Part shown: one piece after another, positions 61,601 to 64,000 of the stretch
Layout: the number at the start of each line of letters is the position of its first letter
Numbering within the stretch: the first letter of the stretch is position 1
Assembly (NCBI GenBank): GCA_002633005.1
Contig: NMRA01000073.1
Coordinates: 644,150 to 708,149, forward strand
Origin: Phoronis australis
Lineage: Eukaryota > Animalia > Phoronida
Reading direction: 5' to 3'
Length of the DNA stretch: 64,000 nucleotides
The notes under the pieces: model-generated
Told to the model about the DNA's origin: nothing
The model's input: only the letters and a program-made list of their open reading frames with translations
The model's database searches: none
Translations under genes and position numbers: made by a program

Positions 61601-63439
61601 ATTTGAGGTGTGTCGTTAGCCAAAAATCCTTGTTTCCCCACATCATTTCAAGACAATAAGAACTGGTGTTACAGGGCTCTATGAAATAAGGGCGATGATT
61701 CAAGATTGATTTGCTAGGCTAATGATGAATTAGTGCATTTTGACATCTGAGTAGACTGAGAACTAAAAGCTGGTAAATAAATGAGATAGCGACCATTCAC
61801 AGGCAAAGAGTCACACATAACTATCCGAATGCTTCGCCATATAGACAGCACTATTGCCTTACAAGCGTCACCAACTGAATTTTAATCTCCCATTCATAGC
61901 ATTCCAAGGATTCAGAATACAACAACCATCTCATAACGTAATATATTTCATTGATAACATTACCACATCCTCCGCAATGCTCTTCTCCATATTGGCAAAC
62001 ATGGACACCATGTTGATGTGAAGAGGCTGCATTTCAGGCGGGACTAGCTGACCGTGAAGCTCCAGCGCCCCCTTGAGGATTTCTATCTGTTCTCCAAAGG
62101 CTTGTCTGAGATTCTGAATGTTGTGCTCTTCTCCTGGCTGTTCAAAAGCGAACTCTTCAGAGAAGAATGCCTGTAAAAACGATTAGATCACGCAGATAAG
62201 TCGCTGTCAAGTGTGATTAAGTGAGGGTTAGAATTGCTTGATAGATTCAGAGCCACTTTAGTTACCTCTTTGTACTTAGTTATGCCCCCATTGACTGCTG
62301 CATCCACCACACCATTCAGTTTCATGGTGAAAGGGTGAAGAGTCTGTGTGCGGTCCTTTCCATAGCTCTTCACCATGGTTTTGAGCACCTTATTCATTGA
62401 CTTCACCGTGTCGATGGCTGTCTCCACGGGGCTCAGTGTGGACGTGTGTGAGTGCTTGACTTCGAACCAGCGCAGGATCCCTGGCAACTGGTTGGTCAGT
62501 TCGTCCTGGGTTATCTCCAAGCACAGTGTCTGCACATAAAACAGATTAATTCCTTTAAGGCCACCTGAAGTGAAACCATTATCTTGGGTCATGTTTTGGG
62601 GTGGAACTCATCACTTTGAACCATAGTGATTTACCATCTCTTAATTACACAAGATGACACCGTATTCATTTAAATTGCTTCGGTTAAAAGATTCACCACC
62701 GCTAACTTGATTTCCAATTTGACCTAAACAGCGCCGATGAGATTTTCAAGGATGAGTATTGAAGTCACCAATTCAAAACTTTAAAAACAAAAAACACCTG
62801 CCATGAAATGACAATTATTGTACGTACTTAGGAAATGTTGCTTGTTCATACTTTCATAAGAGTTACTGGTATGTTAAACATGGTGTAAAGATGGTGAAAC
62901 AGCTTGTGTGTGTGTGTGTGAGTGTGTGTGTGCGTGCGTGTGTGTGTGCGTGTGTGTGCACTCTGCGTGATCTCACTAATTTCGGATGCACATAAATGCC
63001 AAAGTTGACGATTCTTTGTTTTTCAAACTTTAGGCTTCTAACAGATTTTGAATACCCAGTTTCTCAAAACACTGTCTGATCGTGGTAGCTAGAGGAAGGA
63101 ACTGATAAAGCACTTAATATTTTGTTTTTCATCTTTTATGAAAAGAAATGAAAAAAATATATTTCACTTGTCTGCCACAGCATGTGTCCTAAATTGATGA
63201 AATTTTATTGTATAACAAAAAAGTCTAACTCAGAAATTTGTTAGTGAGGTTGCCATGTCCAGTTCAACTCACCTTGAATTCACTATCTTTGTTCTTCACT
63301 CCCCTGTGATACGGGCGTCGGGACTCAAACAATGTTACATCATTACGGCTGTAGAATGAGAGAATTTCTTCAGGCACGACCTGACCTTTGAACTCTTCCT
63401 TGTCACTGGGGATTGGCCGGACTTCACAGATTTGAATAC
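46135..63439 (-). CDS. DOCK3: Dedicator of cytokinesis, DOCK-B subfamily (DOCK3/DOCK4-like): DHR-2 C-terminal half and proline-rich tail; 5' part lies outside the window
   Basis: Exons in transcript order: 63439-63273, 62529-62266, 62170-61964, 60680-60553, 57246-57123, 56120-55995, 51365-51335, 46984-46911, 46632-46135; phases consistent. LPGILRWFEV and LNGVVDAAVNGG...EAFF match the DOCK3/4 form rather than DOCK1/2/5 DPAVMGG. Probably a co-orthologue of vertebrate DOCK3 and DOCK4. Confidence 0.88.
46911..46984 (-). CDS. DOCK3: DOCK penultimate exon
   Basis: TTTTGCAG|DIQKAPEVPPEMPPPLPDRPKRQIK|GTGAGG. Confidence 0.8.
47382..47423. repeat. Perfect 3 x 14-bp tandem GTCGTATGACTCAA
   Basis: Units at 47382, 47396 and 47410; each contains TGACTCA. 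Confidence 0.9.
50592..51012. mobile_element. Harbinger-like MITE with 30-bp TIRs; related partial copy at ~8722-9169
   Basis: CCTGTGGCGGGTTGCATGAAACAGTCCCAA vs right reverse complement CCTGTGCCCGGTTGCATGAAACAGTCCCAA. GACCTTAGTTGAGTCTCTATTTGGGACTGTTTCATGCAACCGGGCAC is identical at 9123-9169 and 50963-51009. Confidence 0.75.
51335..51365 (-). CDS. DOCK3: DOCK 31-nt micro-exon
   Basis: TACTTCAG|GAG AAG GAG ACA GTG GGT GCT AAA GAA AAG G|GTGAGT; supplies the needed phase 0 to 1 change. Confidence 0.6.
52847..53005. mobile_element. pogo/Tigger-like MITE
   Basis: TA|CCGTAATGGTTCGGGTTAACG...CGTTAACCCGAACGATTACGG|TA with internal TTAACCGCCC repeats. Confidence 0.75.
55018..55159. repeat. 66-bp perfect tandem duplication plus a 10-bp partial
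   Basis: GAGAGCTATGAACACATCTGCC...TCAAGAC at 55018 and 55084; partial at 55150. Confidence 0.9.
55995..56120 (-). CDS. DOCK3: DOCK tail exon
   Basis: TTTAG|VLERCPTTNRSLSMCVDEPPLVLPKLPRRPATTNFTGILERQ|GTGTGC. Confidence 0.68.
56816..57050. mobile_element. hAT-like MITE (CATGCGCGCACCCAG...CTGGTTACGCGCTTG)
   Basis: Imperfect terminal inverted repeats; ACCAC duplicated at 56811-15 and 57051-55. Confidence 0.65.
57123..57246 (-). CDS. DOCK3: DOCK tail exon
   Basis: TTGCAG|SNHTPRLPTPSENNSTDAIPENYSNSGLFLDDEDIYEAPPE|GTAAGT; phase 2 to 0; contains a YxxP motif. Confidence 0.72.
58615..59437 (-). CDS. DOCK3: Probable alternative terminal DOCK exon (~273 aa, Ser/Pro-rich)
   Basis: ATTTCAG| acceptor in phase 2, compatible with the 60553 donor; open for 823 nt to TAA (SRSSLPSASIPTP...HHHHRQHQRPPTPESSPDSGYYE...RHRSFKY*). 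Confidence 0.6.
60333..60550. repeat. CA/CACG microsatellite grading into a degenerate ACACTTAATA-containing repeat
   Basis: Visible dinucleotide run, then recurring GGAACAC and CACTTAATA units. Confidence 0.7.
60553..60680 (-). CDS. DOCK3: DOCK tail exon
   Basis: TTTTTGCAG|PKVDSRSISGFSQMSHLLDRSNCDSAYESGRQSVSSSHSVGY|GTATTA; phase 0 to 2. Confidence 0.75.
61330..61615. repeat. Degenerate ~20-bp minisatellite (consensus ~GGGTGTCGTATTCGAGGTNA)
   Basis: About 14 diverged units in a DOCK intron. Confidence 0.8.
61964..62170 (-). CDS. DOCK3: DOCK DHR-2 final exon
   Basis: AFFSEEF...ILKGALELHGQLVPPEMQPLH...EDV. Confidence 0.93.
62266..62529 (-). CDS. DOCK3: DOCK DHR-2 exon with nucleotide-sensor region
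   Basis: TLCLEIT...LPGILRWFEV...LNGVVDAAVNGGITKYKE. Confidence 0.95.
62905..62959. repeat. (TG)n microsatellite
   Basis: Direct reading, with TGCG and TGAG interruptions. Confidence 0.9.
63273..63439 (-). CDS. DOCK3: DOCK DHR-2 exon
   Basis: IQICEVRPIP...VPEEILSFYSRNDVTLFESRRPYHRGVKNKDSEFK; donor AAG|GTGAGT. Confidence 0.9.
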
Positions 63440-63459
63440 CTACATTCTTGTCAAGGAAA
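63440..63459 (-). other. DOCK3: U12-type branch point and acceptor of a DOCK intron (donor outside the window)
   Basis: Minus strand TTTCCTTGAC-AAGAATGTAG|: perfect TTCCTTRAC, 10 nt before the exon, no polypyrimidine tract. Confidence 0.75.
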
Positions 63460-64000
63460 TAGAACACTCCACAAGCAAAGATAAATAGTTCTTGCCACAA
63501 TAAAATGAAGAAATTTTTGTTGAAATTATGCCACGTACAGTGGACCTTTTTAATGCAACTTAACTTTGAAGTTCATAGTACTTACAAATAAACTCCACAG
63601 TGTGAATAATACGTAAATATTTGGCTGTGTAGCTTACAGACAAAGGTTTTTTCATATGGCAATACTCAGTAACTGCATGTCATACAACTGTTTACATGCA
63701 CTTCGGACTCCGTTTGACATTGGATGGCATTGCGTAATTGTGTATGTCAGCTGGTGACAAGTTAGACATTTATTTGCCTTTCTCTGGGTCTTAGGCCGTA
63801 TGCTTGGAAGTTGTTGTGTACTAGAATGCAAAGAATAACAACTGCCAAAGAGTATAGAGAAGTTGTGTTTCACCGATTTCCAGCGGAAGACGGTCACTTG
63901 GAGTTGGCTCACTCTTGCCAAAAACGCAGCACTCTCCATTCACACCACAGCTAAAGTGGTGCAAAATTATTGTGCGTGCAGCAAACATTTCTTCTGCTGG

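Noticed and set aside
61330-61615. CRISPR-like periodicity
   Set aside because: Contiguous degenerate 20-bp units with no unique spacers, in a eukaryotic intron, with no cas genes.

Overview
Intron-rich, AT-rich eukaryotic DNA, most likely a marine invertebrate (species not determinable from sequence). Three protein-coding genes can be spliced by hand with consistent reading phase. (1) Histidine ammonia-lyase HAL, + strand, 16 coding exons, 4991-22493, ~678 aa. (2) Imidazolonepropionase AMDHD1 (HutI), + strand, 8 coding exons, 32021-41397, 435 aa. (3) The 3' part of a DOCK3/4-type (DOCK-B) Rac GEF, - strand, entering from beyond the right edge and ending at 46135. Between and within them lie decayed retroelements (Gypsy/Ty3, Penelope-like, an RNase H-bearing LINE, other LINE tails) and many MITEs. 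Main points of interest: two histidine-catabolism enzymes side by side in tandem (the pair is also adjacent in vertebrates); minor-spliceosome (U12) signals, namely two complete U12-type introns in HAL and one U12-type acceptor in DOCK; a hammerhead-ribozyme-like motif in the Penelope remnant; a doubly truncated Gypsy fragment bracketed by a 20-bp direct repeat; MITEs with 5-bp target duplications; an alternative DOCK last exon and micro-exons; an NLS-like HAL tail. Two duplications flanking single Ns look like assembly artefacts. All gene models are manual and unverified by transcript data.
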